The notes: generated by a model from the sequence alone, not told the origin. A stretch of 64,000 bases of DNA from an uncultured Candidatus Saccharibacteria bacterium (GCA_964567825.1 CAZMNX010000002.1:62767-126766); one strand, 5' to 3'; counted from the first letter of the stretch, positions 18,427-28,277 are shown. Program-made: numbers and translations.

Positions 18427-19320
18427 ATGAAAATCAATCATCCAATGGATCAGGATTTTCCTATTCGAGAATTGAAACCGACAGAATTTCCAAAACAGCT
18501 TTTGGAAATTCCTGAGCCACCAGCTAAACTTTTTATTCGGGGTGAACTACCCGGACCTGAAACTAAATTATTATGCGTGGTTGGTAGTCGTAAATACACT
18601 AATTACGGTAAAGACGTTTGTGAAAAATTAATCGCTGGCTTGCGAGGCTACGACGTCACAATCGTTTCAGGACTAGCAATCGGAATTGACGGCATCGCTC
18701 ATCAAGCGGCAATTAACACTGGACTTAAAACTATCGCCATGCCAGGTTCTGGTTTAGAGGTAAAAGCCATTCACCCATTAGCTCACGTTGGCTTGGCGCA
18801 GAGAATTTTAGAAAGTGGTGGTTGTCTTTTGTCTGAATTTGAACCAGATTTCATGGCCACACAATACAGCTTTCCAAAAAGAAATCGTATTACTGCTGGA
18901 TTGTCGCAAGCGGTTTTAATTATCGAAGCGGAAATAAAATCTGGAACTTTAATTACTTCGAGGCTGGCGACCGAATATAATAAAGATGTACTGACAGTGC
19001 CGGGGAATATTTTCTCTAAAACTTCCGAAGGTCCTCATGCCTTAATCAGACTGGGCGCAACGCCGATTACTAAATCAGAAGAACTGATCGAGGCCCTAGG
19101 CTTTAAAAATAAAAATGAGGAGCCAAGAAATTTAGAACTAGAGTATGCCGAGTGTTCAGACGAAGAGAAAAAAATCATCACTCTATTAAATGAGCCGAAA
19201 ACTCGCGATGAGATCCTGCGTTCATTAGATTTACCGGTTAGTGAGATCAACACTATTTTAACAATTATGGAATTAAAGAGTTTAATTAAAGAAGATTTGG
19301 GTGAAATTAAGCTAATTTAA
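18427..19320 (+). CDS. dprA: DNA processing protein DprA/Smf
   Basis: VVGSRKYTNYG...IVSGLAIGIDGIAHQAAI Rossmann-like DprA core. Confidence 0.85.
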   Translation: MKINHPMDQDFPIRELKPTEFPKQLLEIPEPPAKLFIRGELPGPETKLLCVVGSRKYTNYGKDVCEKLIAGLRGYDVTIVSGLAIGIDGIAHQAAINTGLKTIAMPGSGLEVKAIHPLAHVGLAQRILESGGCLLSEFEPDFMATQYSFPKRNRITAGLSQAVLIIEAEIKSGTLITSRLATEYNKDVLTVPGNIFSKTSEGPHALIRLGATPITKSEELIEALGFKNKNEEPRNLELEYAECSDEEKKIITLLNEPKTRDEILRSLDLPVSEINTILTIMELKSLIKEDLGEIKLI

Positions 19321-19333
19321 AAATGGGTCAGCT

Positions 19334-19362
19334 TTGACACACTCTTAATTTGGGTGTATAAT
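19334..19362 (+). promoter_or_regulatory. consensus sigma70 promoter TTGACA-N17-TATAAT for GC-rich cassette 2
   Basis: cTTTGACAcactcttaatttgggtgTATAATgtggc; shares TTTGGGTGTATAAT-GTGGC with the promoter at 53329-53357. Confidence 0.6.
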
Positions 19363-19402
19363 GTGGCTAGAAGGTTAGAAACTGTCGAGAGAAAGGTTTA
19401 CG

Positions 19403-19834
19403 ATGAAGCTCATTAATCGGCGGTGGATAATCGCCCTAATGCTCGTGTTTGTGCTTGGTGGGGCCGGCTGCGAAGGTGAAGATGAGGATAGCTACAGCAG
19501 CAATCCGAGCTACAACGACCCGCCCTATCAAAACACGACGCGACGGATCCAAGTCCATGTGTTCAACGGCTCGTACGGTTACGTCGATCAGTTCGGCTTT
19601 TGGACCGGCATGGTCCTCGTCGAAATCGAGAAGGCGCCGTACGCCAACCTTCGGCCAGGTGAAAGCACCTACGTTCCGAAGGACCTGTACAGTCACGACG
19701 ATAAACTGGTCCTGCACTTCACAGAGCAGGCATCGGGTATGGTTTGGGAAGTCGCCTTCGGTGATCGCTATCAGTACTACAGCGTCACCCTGCACGGTGA
19801 CGGTCGTCCACCAACTCTCGAACCGCCACCCTGA
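19403..19834 (+). CDS. secreted/lipoprotein-like protein (143 aa), GC-rich cassette 2
   Basis: SD GAGAGAAAGG; signal peptide MKLINRRWIIALMLVFVLGGAGC with Cys at the cleavage region; mature part rich in Tyr/Asp/Pro; ~60% GC. Confidence 0.55.
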   Translation: MKLINRRWIIALMLVFVLGGAGCEGEDEDSYSSNPSYNDPPYQNTTRRIQVHVFNGSYGYVDQFGFWTGMVLVEIEKAPYANLRPGESTYVPKDLYSHDDKLVLHFTEQASGMVWEVAFGDRYQYYSVTLHGDGRPPTLEPPP

Positions 19835-19853
19835 ACCGGTGGCCGAGAAAAAA

Positions 19854-19883
19854 AGGCAAGCGAGTGTGACGCTTGCCTTTTTT
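19854..19883 (+). terminator. intrinsic terminator (AGGCAAGCG-agtgtga-CGCTTGCCT + T6)
   Basis: Perfect 9-bp stem followed by TTTTTT immediately after the cassette-2 stop codon. Confidence 0.7.
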
Positions 19884-19967
19884 AGCACATTTTTTATCTT
19901 CGTTTTTATCCACATTTGCTAAAAAAGTGAAAAGCGTGTAATACTAAAAGCCAAGCAAATAAATTTT

Positions 19968-22187
19968 ATGAAATTATTAATTGTAGAATCCCCCGCTAAA
20001 GCCAAAACCATTTCCAAATATTTGGATGGCAAATATGAAGTAAAAGCCAGCGTTGGTCATATTCGTGATTTGCCAAAAAGTAATAAAAAGGCCATCGATA
20101 TCGAGGGTGGCTTTATTCCACATTATGAAATTAGTCCGGGTAAAGAAAAAATTGTTTCGGAAATAAAAGCCTTGGTAAAAAAGGCCGATGAAGTGCTTCT
20201 GGCGACCGACCCCGACCGTGAGGGTGAAGCAATTGCCTGGCATATAAAAGAGGCGGTGGGTTTGAAAAACGCTAAACGCGTAGTCTTTTATGAAATTACC
20301 AAAGATGCCGTTCAAGAAGCCATTAAGCAACCTCGTGATATTGATGAAAATTTGAGACGTGCCCAAGAAGCGCGCCGCGTTTTAGATCGCTTAGTCGGCT
20401 ACGATTTATCCGGCTTAATTTGGAAGAAAGTTCGTTACGGTTTATCCGCCGGCCGAGTACAATCCCCCGCCCTTCGTATAATAATGGAGCGTGAGCGAGA
20501 AATCCGGGCTTTTATTCCAGAAAACTTTTGGGTAATTAAGGCTAATACTGAAACAATTGCCAAATCGCCACTTGAATTATTTTGTACCGAAGAACCGCGT
20601 GATGAAAAGCTGGTAAATAAAATTTTAGAAATTGGTAAAAAGTCTGATTGGAAAATTACGGATATTTCTGAGACTGAAGCTAAAAGATCAGCCCGTGCCC
20701 CATTCATTACTTCAACTCTACAACAAACCGCTAGCTCCCGTTTAGGCTTCGCTCCATCACGCACCATGGGTGTTGCTCAGAAACTTTACGAGGCGGGCTA
20801 CATTACTTATATGCGTACCGATAGTACTAATTTAAGTAAAGTTGCATTGGCGCAAATTTACAGTACCATCGAGAAAAAATATGGTAAGGAATATTTGGAG
20901 CCACACGTTTTCACTTCGAAAAGTAAAAATGCTCAAGAAGCCCACGAGGCAGTTCGCCCCACTGATATTACCAAGGAATCACTTGGTTTAAATGATGAAC
21001 AAAAAGAATTGTATCAATTGATTTGGCAACGCACCATGGCCTCGCAAATGACCGATGCCAAAATGATGCGGACTAAAATTACTGCAAGTATTGTAGCCGA
21101 GAAGTCGGGGAATTCCTCGGAGCGATTAGGTACTCCGTTAAGCGGAGAGGATTTTCCCGACTTCTCGGCGAACGGTTCCCGTCTTCTTTTCCCCGGCTGG
21201 CTTAAGGCTGATCCTGAAGGTACCGGTGACGATGTTATCTTGCCAAAAGTCGCTGTCGGTGAAAAATTAAAACTTTTAGATTTAACCGCGGAAGGCAAAC
21301 AAACCGAGCCGCCTGGCCGCTATTCTGAAGCTGGATTGATTAAAGAATTAGAAAAAAGAGGCATTGGCCGCCCCTCCACTTACGCCTCTATTATCAAAAC
21401 CATTCAGGACCGTGGTTATGTCGAAAAAATAAACAAAGCCCTAACTCCAACTGATACCGGCGATGTGGTTTCTAGTTTTCTGGAAAAATATTTCATGGAT
21501 TATATTAATGATTCATTTACAGCTGATATTGAAGATAAATTGGATTTGATTGCTGAAGGTAAGGCGGAATATTTAAAAACCCTAACCGACTTTTATAAGC
21601 CCTTTCTTAAGGATGTTAAAGCGAAAGATAAAATGGATAAAGTCACAAATATGGGCGATGCCGATCCGATTCACAAATGCCCAATCTGTGGTGGATCAAT
21701 GATTATCAAACTGGCCAAAAGTGGTAAGTTTTTAAGTTGTGCTAAATATCCTGATTGTGTGGGGGCGAGAAAAATTGATGGTACCGAAATGGAAGGACCA
21801 AAAGAAACTGGTGAAAAATGCCCGGAATGTAAAAATGGTATGCTCGTCGAACGTGATGGTAAGTATGGCCGATTCATTTCCTGCTCAACTTATCCAAAAT
21901 GTAAATATATTAAAAAAGATGCGGAATTAGAAAAGAAAAATAGTACCGGTGTCGCTTGCCCAACTTGCGGCGATGGCTATATGGTGGAAAAACGCGGCCG
22001 CTTTGGTTTATTCTACAGCTGTTCCAATTATCCGAAATGCAAAAATGCAATCAAAGCTAAACCGACCGGCGCCCTCTGTTCCACTTGCGGAGCGCTCATG
22101 ATGGCGGGAACCAAAACTATTCCTGAGCGATGTAGTGTCAAAACTTGTCCCAATCATAATCCACATAAGGTGGGTAAGATTTCCTAA
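19968..22187 (+). CDS. topA: DNA topoisomerase I with C-terminal zinc-ribbon repeats
   Basis: MKLLIVESPAKAKTISKYL TOPRIM start, catalytic YITYMRTDS region, three C4 ribbons near the C-terminus. Confidence 0.9.
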   Translation: MKLLIVESPAKAKTISKYLDGKYEVKASVGHIRDLPKSNKKAIDIEGGFIPHYEISPGKEKIVSEIKALVKKADEVLLATDPDREGEAIAWHIKEAVGLKNAKRVVFYEITKDAVQEAIKQPRDIDENLRRAQEARRVLDRLVGYDLSGLIWKKVRYGLSAGRVQSPALRIIMEREREIRAFIPENFWVIKANTETIAKSPLELFCTEEPRDEKLVNKILEIGKKSDWKITDISETEAKRSARAPFITSTLQQTASSRLGFAPSRTMGVAQKLYEAGYITYMRTDSTNLSKVALAQIYSTIEKKYGKEYLEPHVFTSKSKNAQEAHEAVRPTDITKESLGLNDEQKELYQLIWQRTMASQMTDAKMMRTKITASIVAEKSGNSSERLGTPLSGEDFPDFSANGSRLLFPGWLKADPEGTGDDVILPKVAVGEKLKLLDLTAEGKQTEPPGRYSEAGLIKELEKRGIGRPSTYASIIKTIQDRGYVEKINKALTPTDTGDVVSSFLEKYFMDYINDSFTADIEDKLDLIAEGKAEYLKTLTDFYKPFLKDVKAKDKMDKVTNMGDADPIHKCPICGGSMIIKLAKSGKFLSCAKYPDCVGARKIDGTEMEGPKETGEKCPECKNGMLVERDGKYGRFISCSTYPKCKYIKKDAELEKKNSTGVACPTCGDGYMVEKRGRFGLFYSCSNYPKCKNAIKAKPTGALCSTCGALMMAGTKTIPERCSVKTCPNHNPHKVGKIS

Positions 22188-22286
22188 CTATTGACAGAAG
22201 GCCCAACCCTGTGTAGTGTTAAATTAGATTTAACCTGGTAGCAGATGAAAATCTGCGGGTTAGTGTTCAGTACGTGGAGGTGGTAA

Positions 22287-22787
22287 ATGGAAAGATCAGT
22301 TGGGTTGATTGTGATGATTCAGATCCCGGACGAATCGGCATCTGGATATCACCTCGCTGCGGTTCTTCAGCGGCGTGGGACCTACAGCACAGAAAGAATG
22401 GCTCCGGCCTACTTTCCAGGTTGCCTACAGGTGACCTGTCACGGAAAGCTGGAAGAAGGTGAGGATCCGATCCCTGGCTTGCTCCGTGAGCTTGAGGAAG
22501 AATTGGGTCCCACCTTCATTCCGGGCGCCCTGCGCGAGGTAACGTTCACAAGTACTGAGAAGAAAGAGGTGACAACCTTTGCAACGTTCGTGCCGGCCAG
22601 AATGATCAGGAACATTCGGCTGGGACCAGACTCCGGCGGATTGGAGGTGATCCTAAAGGCGGCGGTCGAGGATATTGTGGAAATAACCCCGGCGTTTAAG
22701 GTGAAGGGACCAGAATTTCGTCACACCCTCGCCATGTTCGAAGACGAAATCAGATCGCTGAAGACGGCCTTCGAAATCCTCGGCTGA
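22287..22787 (+). CDS. NUDIX hydrolase, GC-rich cassette 3
   Basis: SD GGAGGTGG; Nudix box GKLEEGEDPIPGLLRELEEELG; ~60% GC; own promoter-like TTGACA at 22198 and terminator. Confidence 0.6.
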   Translation: MERSVGLIVMIQIPDESASGYHLAAVLQRRGTYSTERMAPAYFPGCLQVTCHGKLEEGEDPIPGLLRELEEELGPTFIPGALREVTFTSTEKKEVTTFATFVPARMIRNIRLGPDSGGLEVILKAAVEDIVEITPAFKVKGPEFRHTLAMFEDEIRSLKTAFEILG

Positions 22788-22815
22788 AGGGCAGATCGAA
22801 CGAATCGATACGAGT

Positions 22816-22860
22816 GGCGTTGGTGAGGTCCCCGCGGACCTTGCCAACGCCGCTTTTTTA
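22816..22860 (+). terminator. intrinsic terminator (GGCGTTGG...CCAACGCC + GCTTTTTTA)
   Basis: 8-bp stem with 20-nt GC-rich loop followed by U-tract after the NUDIX stop. Confidence 0.65.
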
Positions 22861-22906
22861 TTTACCCTAATTTGCCCAAAAGGATTACTAGGTCTATACT
22901 GAATAT

Positions 22907-24397
22907 ATGACCGTCAAAGATATAACCCATCTAATGGATTCGCCGTCGGCGGAGAAAATCGCCTTAATTGAGAAGGCTTATACGACCGCGGAAAAAGCTC
23001 ACAGCGGCGTTAAGCGCAAAAGCGGTGAGCCGTATTTTATCCACGTTTTTGAAACCGCTAAAATTCTAGCGGAGTTAAAAATGTGCGCCGAAGTAATTTG
23101 CGCTGGCCTTTTGCACGACTCAATCGAAGACGGTGTTCTAACTGAAGAAGAAATTAAAAAAGAATTTGGTGATGAAATTTTATTTTTGGTGAATGGTGTT
23201 ACTAAATTAGGAAAACTAAAATACCGCGGCGCCGAGCGACACATGGAAAGCTTGAGAAAACTTTTCGTGGCTTCCGCTCAAGATGTACGAGTGATTATCA
23301 TAAAATTATGTGATCGCTTACACAATATGCGCACCTTACAATTTGTTCGCCCCGACAAACAATACCGAATTGCCCTGGAAACCTTGGAAATTTTCTCCCC
23401 ACTCGCCTATCGCCTTGGTATTCGAAAATTATCACGTGAACTTGAAGACCTATCTTTCCCATACGTTTACCCCAAAGAATATAAGGAAGTAAAAGAGTTG
23501 GTTAAGCTAAAAAGTGCCGAGACCCTACCCCGCCTTGAAAAATTCATGAAGGCCATCAAAAAGGCCTTGGCCGAAGAAAGTATGACGAATATAAATACCG
23601 ACTATCGCTTGAAAGGTCTTTATAGCCTTAGCCGTAAAATTATCCGCAAAGAGGGCGATATAGAAAAAGTTTACGATATTTTAGCCCTCCGTATTTTTAC
23701 CGACACAATTTCTGACTGTTACAAGGCTTTAGGAATAATCCATAGTAAATGGCGACCGCTACCAGGCCGCATCAAAGATTATATTGCAGTCCCTAAACTA
23801 AACGGTTATAAAAGTATTCATACCACCGTCTTTACCGGCGACGGAGCCATTGTCGAAGTGCAAATTCGAACTCACGAAATGCATAAAAATTCCGAATACG
23901 GTATTGCTTCCCACTTAGTCTATAAAAATATGAAAAATTCCGAAAACAAGGAAATGAATTGGTTTACTCAATTTTTACCACGAACTTTAAACCCCTTTGC
24001 TAAATCGGTTGAAGAAAAAGAAACCGCACCGGCCTGGATGAAAGAATTTGCGGAGGCCCATACCGTTTCTGAGGGTGAAGAAATGATGAAAGATTTGAAA
24101 GCTGATTTCTTTAACCAACGAATTTTCACCTTCACGCCGATGGGTGATGTGGTAGATTTGCCAATTGGTTCGACGGTTATTGATTTTGCTTATGCGATTC
24201 ACTCAGACATTGGTAACCATATCTCAAGTGCCATGGTGAATAATAAAATTGCCTCACTCGATATGGAATTAAAAAACGAGGATCAGGTGGAGATTATTAC
24301 CAAAAAATCGGCCAAACCAAATCGTAAGTGGCTCGATTATGCTAAAACCAGTATGGCGAAAAGGTTTATCAAAACCGCCTTAGGAGATAAGTTCTAG
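22907..24397 (+). CDS. rel: bifunctional (p)ppGpp synthetase/hydrolase Rel/SpoT homolog, short form ending after TGS domain
   Basis: HD hydrolase motif (FIHVFE...LLHDSIEDG), synthetase domain (RIFTDTISDCY, GYKSIHT), C-terminal TGS-like VVDLPIGSTVIDFAY; 496 aa. Confidence 0.85.
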   Translation: MTVKDITHLMDSPSAEKIALIEKAYTTAEKAHSGVKRKSGEPYFIHVFETAKILAELKMCAEVICAGLLHDSIEDGVLTEEEIKKEFGDEILFLVNGVTKLGKLKYRGAERHMESLRKLFVASAQDVRVIIIKLCDRLHNMRTLQFVRPDKQYRIALETLEIFSPLAYRLGIRKLSRELEDLSFPYVYPKEYKEVKELVKLKSAETLPRLEKFMKAIKKALAEESMTNINTDYRLKGLYSLSRKIIRKEGDIEKVYDILALRIFTDTISDCYKALGIIHSKWRPLPGRIKDYIAVPKLNGYKSIHTTVFTGDGAIVEVQIRTHEMHKNSEYGIASHLVYKNMKNSENKEMNWFTQFLPRTLNPFAKSVEEKETAPAWMKEFAEAHTVSEGEEMMKDLKADFFNQRIFTFTPMGDVVDLPIGSTVIDFAYAIHSDIGNHISSAMVNNKIASLDMELKNEDQVEIITKKSAKPNRKWLDYAKTSMAKRFIKTALGDKF

Positions 24398-24399
24398 GC

Positions 24400-25365
24400 C
24401 TAGACGACAAAATTATCGACGGAGTACAATTCATCATCATTCTCCTCTTGCTCTTTTTGTTCGGGCGAACGATCGTCAATCAAGGGTTCGGTGTTTGAAT
24501 TCAAAATAGCTTCAGAGGCAATCACCGGCACAGCTGTTTTATTATTTACGGCATCTAAAATCGCGCGCAAATCCTCATTGGAAAAGAAATCAATCATAAT
24601 CTTACCGCCTTTTTCTTTTCTTTCGATATGCACACGCGCCCCCAAGGTATTAGCCAATTTTTCTTCAAGCTCCATAAGTTCTGGATCGGGCATTCGTTCT
24701 GGCTTGCGCACGCGGTCAATCGCAATTTTCCTAGCCGTCATTTCCGCCTCGCGGACCGTCATTTTTCTAAACAACATTTCTTTAAACAAAACGGCCTGTT
24801 CTTCTTTGCGATCGGCGAGCATAAGCAGTGGGCGTGAGTGACCTTCGGAAATTTTACCATCAGTTAAAGCCTGCAAAATTTCTTCCGGCAAAAGCAAAAT
24901 ACGCAAAGTGTTGGAAACATACTCTCGGCTTTTACCAACCTTCTTGGCAATATCGGCATGCTTAAAATGAAACTCATCAGCCAAACGAGCAAAAGCCTTG
25001 GCTCGATCCACCACATTTAAATCTTCACGTTGTAAGTTTTCAATAATCGCTAGCTCTAATTTGAGTTGATCACTTTCCTCTTTATCACGAATCAAAACCG
25101 GCACCTGGGCCAAACCAGCAATTTTCGAGGCGCGCAAACGACGTTCGCCAGAAATCAATTCGTATTCAGTGGCTAAACCACCGTCTTCCTTTTGAATTTC
25201 TTTACGAGTAACCACGAGCGGCTGTAAAATACCATACTGACGAATCGAATCAGCTAAATCTCGAAGCTTAGCTTCTTCAAATTCTTTGCGGGGCTGAAAA
25301 GGGTTAGGAAAAACTTTCTCAATCTCCACCCAAAATATCGAATCATTAAAAAACTGGCTTGGCAT
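24400..25365 (-). CDS. parB: ParB/Spo0J chromosome partitioning protein
   Basis: ILQPLVV...ISGERRLRASKIAGL ParB box, HTH region; no parA gene adjacent. Confidence 0.85.
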   Translation of the reverse strand: MPSQFFNDSIFWVEIEKVFPNPFQPRKEFEEAKLRDLADSIRQYGILQPLVVTRKEIQKEDGGLATEYELISGERRLRASKIAGLAQVPVLIRDKEESDQLKLELAIIENLQREDLNVVDRAKAFARLADEFHFKHADIAKKVGKSREYVSNTLRILLLPEEILQALTDGKISEGHSRPLLMLADRKEEQAVLFKEMLFRKMTVREAEMTARKIAIDRVRKPERMPDPELMELEEKLANTLGARVHIERKEKGGKIMIDFFSNEDLRAILDAVNNKTAVPVIASEAILNSNTEPLIDDRSPEQKEQEENDDELYSVDNFVV

Positions 25366-25425
25366 TCGCCCATTTTAGCACACTTTATTTATTCTCCAAA
25401 ATGAGTTAGAATCATCTTAAATTTT

Positions 25426-26244
25426 ATGAAAGCATTAATAATAAGTGTCGGCGGACTAAGGGGGGCGTATGATGCCGGAGTCGCAACTGCCCTTCTGAGG
25501 AAACTAGGTCCTAAATATTTTGATTCTATTTATATGTCTTCAGTTGGTTCGTTTACGGGCACTTTTTTCGCTGCCAATCAAGCTGATGTGATTGAAGAAA
25601 CTTGGAGAAACCGTGTACACGGTAAACAGTTGATAAATTATTCTAATATTCTTAAAGGAAAAAATATTCTCAATACCGAATACCTTATCGATTTATTCAG
25701 TCAGGGAAAGTGCAAATTGAATTTGGAAAACTTATTCTCATCCGGTATAAAGTTAAATTATATCGTAGAAAACGTAAAAAATGAGTCGGTTGAATATTTA
25801 CAGCCAAAACAAGATAATATATTCACCATAATGCGAGCGGCCACTGCCGTTCCCTTGGCTCATAAACCAGTAAAACTTAACGGCGAAACTTATATCGATG
25901 GCGGCTCCCTTGATCCTCTGCCTATTAGAAAAGCGATTGATGATGGTTACAATGAAATTACAATTATTTATAATAAGTCAATAAAATTTTATAATCGTAA
26001 GCCTCAGAAATATGTCGCGGCCTTTTTCGGTTTATTTGCTACCCCACAAATGAAAAGAATGCTCCGCTTAAGCCGAAGGGAGTTAAAAATTGATGAATAC
26101 ATAATGAAAACTCACAACATAAAAGTAATTAGACCCGAGGTTGCCGTTCCCTTTTTGCTTTTTAATACCAACAAAAAGGTGATCAACCGACTTTTTGACC
26201 TAGGACTAGTTGATGGAAATAAAGCGGCAGAGTCCGGACTGTAA
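25426..26244 (+). CDS. patatin-like phospholipase
   Basis: GGLRGAYDAG oxyanion motif, Ser-region SSVGS and catalytic-Asp DGG motif (YIDGGSLDPLP). Confidence 0.7.
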   Translation: MKALIISVGGLRGAYDAGVATALLRKLGPKYFDSIYMSSVGSFTGTFFAANQADVIEETWRNRVHGKQLINYSNILKGKNILNTEYLIDLFSQGKCKLNLENLFSSGIKLNYIVENVKNESVEYLQPKQDNIFTIMRAATAVPLAHKPVKLNGETYIDGGSLDPLPIRKAIDDGYNEITIIYNKSIKFYNRKPQKYVAAFFGLFATPQMKRMLRLSRRELKIDEYIMKTHNIKVIRPEVAVPFLLFNTNKKVINRLFDLGLVDGNKAAESGL

Positions 26245-26283
26245 ACTTGTCTTTTAATCAAATTTGACTAGAATATGTAGATT

Positions 26284-26365
26284 GCCGGGATGGCGGAATT
26301 GGTAGACGCACACGACTCAAAATCGTGCGAAGAAATTCATGAGAGTTCGATTCTCTCTCCCGGCA
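26284..26365 (+). tRNA. tRNA-Leu (anticodon CAA), type II with long variable arm
   Basis: GCCGGGA acceptor, anticodon stem CACGA/TCGTG with loop CTCAAAA, variable arm, T-loop TTCGATT; CCA not encoded. Confidence 0.85.
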
Positions 26366-26369
26366 CATT

Positions 26370-27254
26370 ATGAATAATAATCCCCCTTCAAAACCGAAAA
26401 TATTGGTGGTTCTTGGACCAACAGCGACCGGCAAAAGTAACTTAGCGGTGAAGCTAGCGAAAAAATTAAATGGTGAAGTGATCAGCGCTGATTCGCGCCA
26501 GGTGTATAAAGGGATGGATATTGGCAGTGGCAAAATTACTAAAAAAGAAATGAAGGGTGTGCCGCATCATCTACTCGATGTCGCTAATCCTAAAAAAGTT
26601 TTTTCTGTCGCCGAGTTTCAAAAATTAGCGGAAAAGAAAATTGCAGAAATTTTATCACGCGGGAAGTTACCGATCGTCTGTGGCGGCACCGGCTTTTACA
26701 TTGATACGCTCGTTTCCGGGCTTCGATATCCCGAGGTAAAAGAAAATAAGAAATTACGCGCTAAACTTGAAAAAAAGAGCACGCCAGAAGTTTTTACTAT
26801 TCTAACGAAACTGGATTCGGCACGTGCTAAAACTATTGATAAACATAATAAAGTTCGGTTAATAAGGGCCATTGAAATCGCCCAGAGCCTCGGTAAGGTG
26901 CCTAAAATTGAGAGCAACCAACCATACGACGCCACCTATATCGGCCTAGATTGGCCAGATTTGACCCTTAAGGAGCGTATAGCGGCCCGCCTTAAAAGGC
27001 GTCTGAAACAAGGTATGGTGGCCGAGGTGGCTCGTTTACGCAAAAGCGGTGTCTCCTACCGCCGACTAGAATTATTTGGTTTGGAGTATAAAAACTGCGC
27101 TTTATTCTTACAAAAGAAAATTACCAAACAACAGCTGATTGAAAATATTTTGAAAGAAAGTTTCCAGTATGCCAAAAGACAAAGAACGTGGTTTAGGAGA
27201 AATAAAAAAATAAAGTGGTATAATGCTAGTGAAATTAATAATATTAAAATATAA
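26370..27254 (+). CDS. miaA: tRNA dimethylallyltransferase
   Basis: P-loop GPTATGKSNLAV and ISADSRQVYKGMDIGSGK motifs. Confidence 0.85.
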   Translation: MNNNPPSKPKILVVLGPTATGKSNLAVKLAKKLNGEVISADSRQVYKGMDIGSGKITKKEMKGVPHHLLDVANPKKVFSVAEFQKLAEKKIAEILSRGKLPIVCGGTGFYIDTLVSGLRYPEVKENKKLRAKLEKKSTPEVFTILTKLDSARAKTIDKHNKVRLIRAIEIAQSLGKVPKIESNQPYDATYIGLDWPDLTLKERIAARLKRRLKQGMVAEVARLRKSGVSYRRLELFGLEYKNCALFLQKKITKQQLIENILKESFQYAKRQRTWFRRNKKIKWYNASEINNIKI

Positions 27255-27256
27255 AT

Positions 27257-27496
27257 ATGCGAAATATAATTACTGAAACTTTAGGTTGGTATGGAGTAGT
27301 GGCGATCGTCGGCGCTTATGCTTTACTCAGTTTTAATGTTATTCACAGTGGATCACTTTGGTACCAAGGTCTAAACTTAACCGGCGCAATTGGAATTGTT
27401 GTTGACGCGCTAGATGATAAAAATACTCAGCCAGCGGTTTTGAATACCATTTGGGCAATAATTGCCTTGATTGCAATCGTAAAAATATTTTGGTAA
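27257..27496 (+). CDS. small 2-TM membrane protein (79 aa), function unknown
   Basis: ATG 3 nt after miaA stop; hydrophobic hairpin GVVAIVGAYALL / IWAIIALIAIVKIFW; weak SD. Confidence 0.4.
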   Translation: MRNIITETLGWYGVVAIVGAYALLSFNVIHSGSLWYQGLNLTGAIGIVVDALDDKNTQPAVLNTIWAIIALIAIVKIFW

Positions 27497-27497
27497 T

Positions 27498-27571
27498 TGG
27501 CGGGAGATAGAGGAATCGGACCCCTAATTTTCCTTTTGGAGAGGAATGTTATACCACTTAACTAATCTCCC
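27498..27571 (-). tRNA. tRNA-Trp (anticodon CCA)
   Basis: Minus-strand cloverleaf GGGAGAT.../ATCTCCC, anticodon stem TTCCT/AGGAA loop CTCCAAA, encoded CCA. Confidence 0.8.
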
Positions 27572-27631
27572 AGCTTCGAAATAGTAACAAAAAAACTAAC
27601 AAAAAACCAGCTACGGGCCGGTTTTTCTGTT

Positions 27632-27790
27632 TTATTTCTTCGCTTCTTTATGAGTAGTATTTTTCTTGCACCATTTGCAGAATTTTTTGAGCTCGATTTT
27701 ACGTTCCACTTTCTTGCGGTTCTTACGAGTCCAATAATTGGTTCTTTTACAGGTTTTACAAACTAATCTGAATAATTGGTCTTGTGACAT
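27632..27790 (-). CDS. rpmG: 50S ribosomal protein L33
   Basis: 52-aa product MSQDQLFRLVCKTCKRTNYWTRKNRKKVERKIELKKFCKWCKKNTTHKEAKK with C4 zinc ribbon and LELKKFC..C...HKE.K L33 signature; below the 60-aa cut-off of the ORF track. Confidence 0.8.
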   Translation of the reverse strand: MSQDQLFRLVCKTCKRTNYWTRKNRKKVERKIELKKFCKWCKKNTTHKEAKK

Positions 27791-27861
27791 ATGATTATTT
27801 ATTGAGTCCTTAATATAGCTTATTTTGAAAAAAAAGGCAAGAATCTCAGGTTAATAAGAAA

Positions 27862-27896
27862 GGGCCTGGGGGCGATCGAACGCACACCCAGGACCC
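27862..27896 (-). terminator. intrinsic terminator-like hairpin (GGGTCCTGGGTGTGC...GCCCCCAGGCCC + TTTCTTATT on minus strand)
   Basis: Lies 3' of the 61-aa minus-strand ORF; shares the GCACACCC(A)GGACCC arm with the hairpin at 28187-28217. Confidence 0.5.
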
Positions 27897-27914
27897 GAAT
27901 TGCTTGGCGAAAGC

Positions 27915-28100
27915 TTACTCGGCTTTCACCTGTTGTTCCACGGCCGGCGGCCAAATCGGCCCACCGCTGAATTTCACCATCCAGTTCACACCCGCATTAA
28001 GACCGATATTGAAAAGGTAGCCGATGACGAAAATCGTCAACGCCAGACCCAGACGCATTTTCCAACTCATGGTCTCCTCCAACATATTCCAGTAGTCCAT
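27915..28100 (-). CDS. small (61 aa) membrane protein, GC-rich cassette 4
   Basis: SD AGGAGGGAGG 6 nt before ATG; one TM (LGLALTIFVIGYLF); GC-rich. Confidence 0.4.
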   Translation of the reverse strand: MDYWNMLEETMSWKMRLGLALTIFVIGYLFNIGLNAGVNWMVKFSGGPIWPPAVEQQVKAE

Positions 28101-28180
28101 CTCAGCCTCCCTCCTAAAGGATCAGTTAATAATAGACTAGCACAAGTAATTAATAGTGTCAAATGAAAAGATCAGTAATT

Positions 28181-28217
28181 AAAAAAGGCCCGGGTGCCAA
28201 CGTGCACACCCGGACCC
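28181..28217 (-). terminator. intrinsic terminator (GGGTCCGGGTGTGCACG...CACCCGGGCC + T6 on minus strand)
   Basis: Hairpin followed by TTTTTT (plus-strand AAAAAA at 28181-28186) 60 nt 3' of the 333-aa ORF. Confidence 0.55.
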
Positions 28218-28277
28218 TCATCGAACGTCATCCCTCACGACGTCCGCCCCAAACGACTAGTAGAAACCTCCTCTCCA

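Noticed and set aside
26258-26533. 91-aa minus-strand ORF
   Set aside because: It overlaps tRNA-Leu(CAA) and the 5' end of miaA and has no Shine-Dalgarno sequence, so it is spurious.
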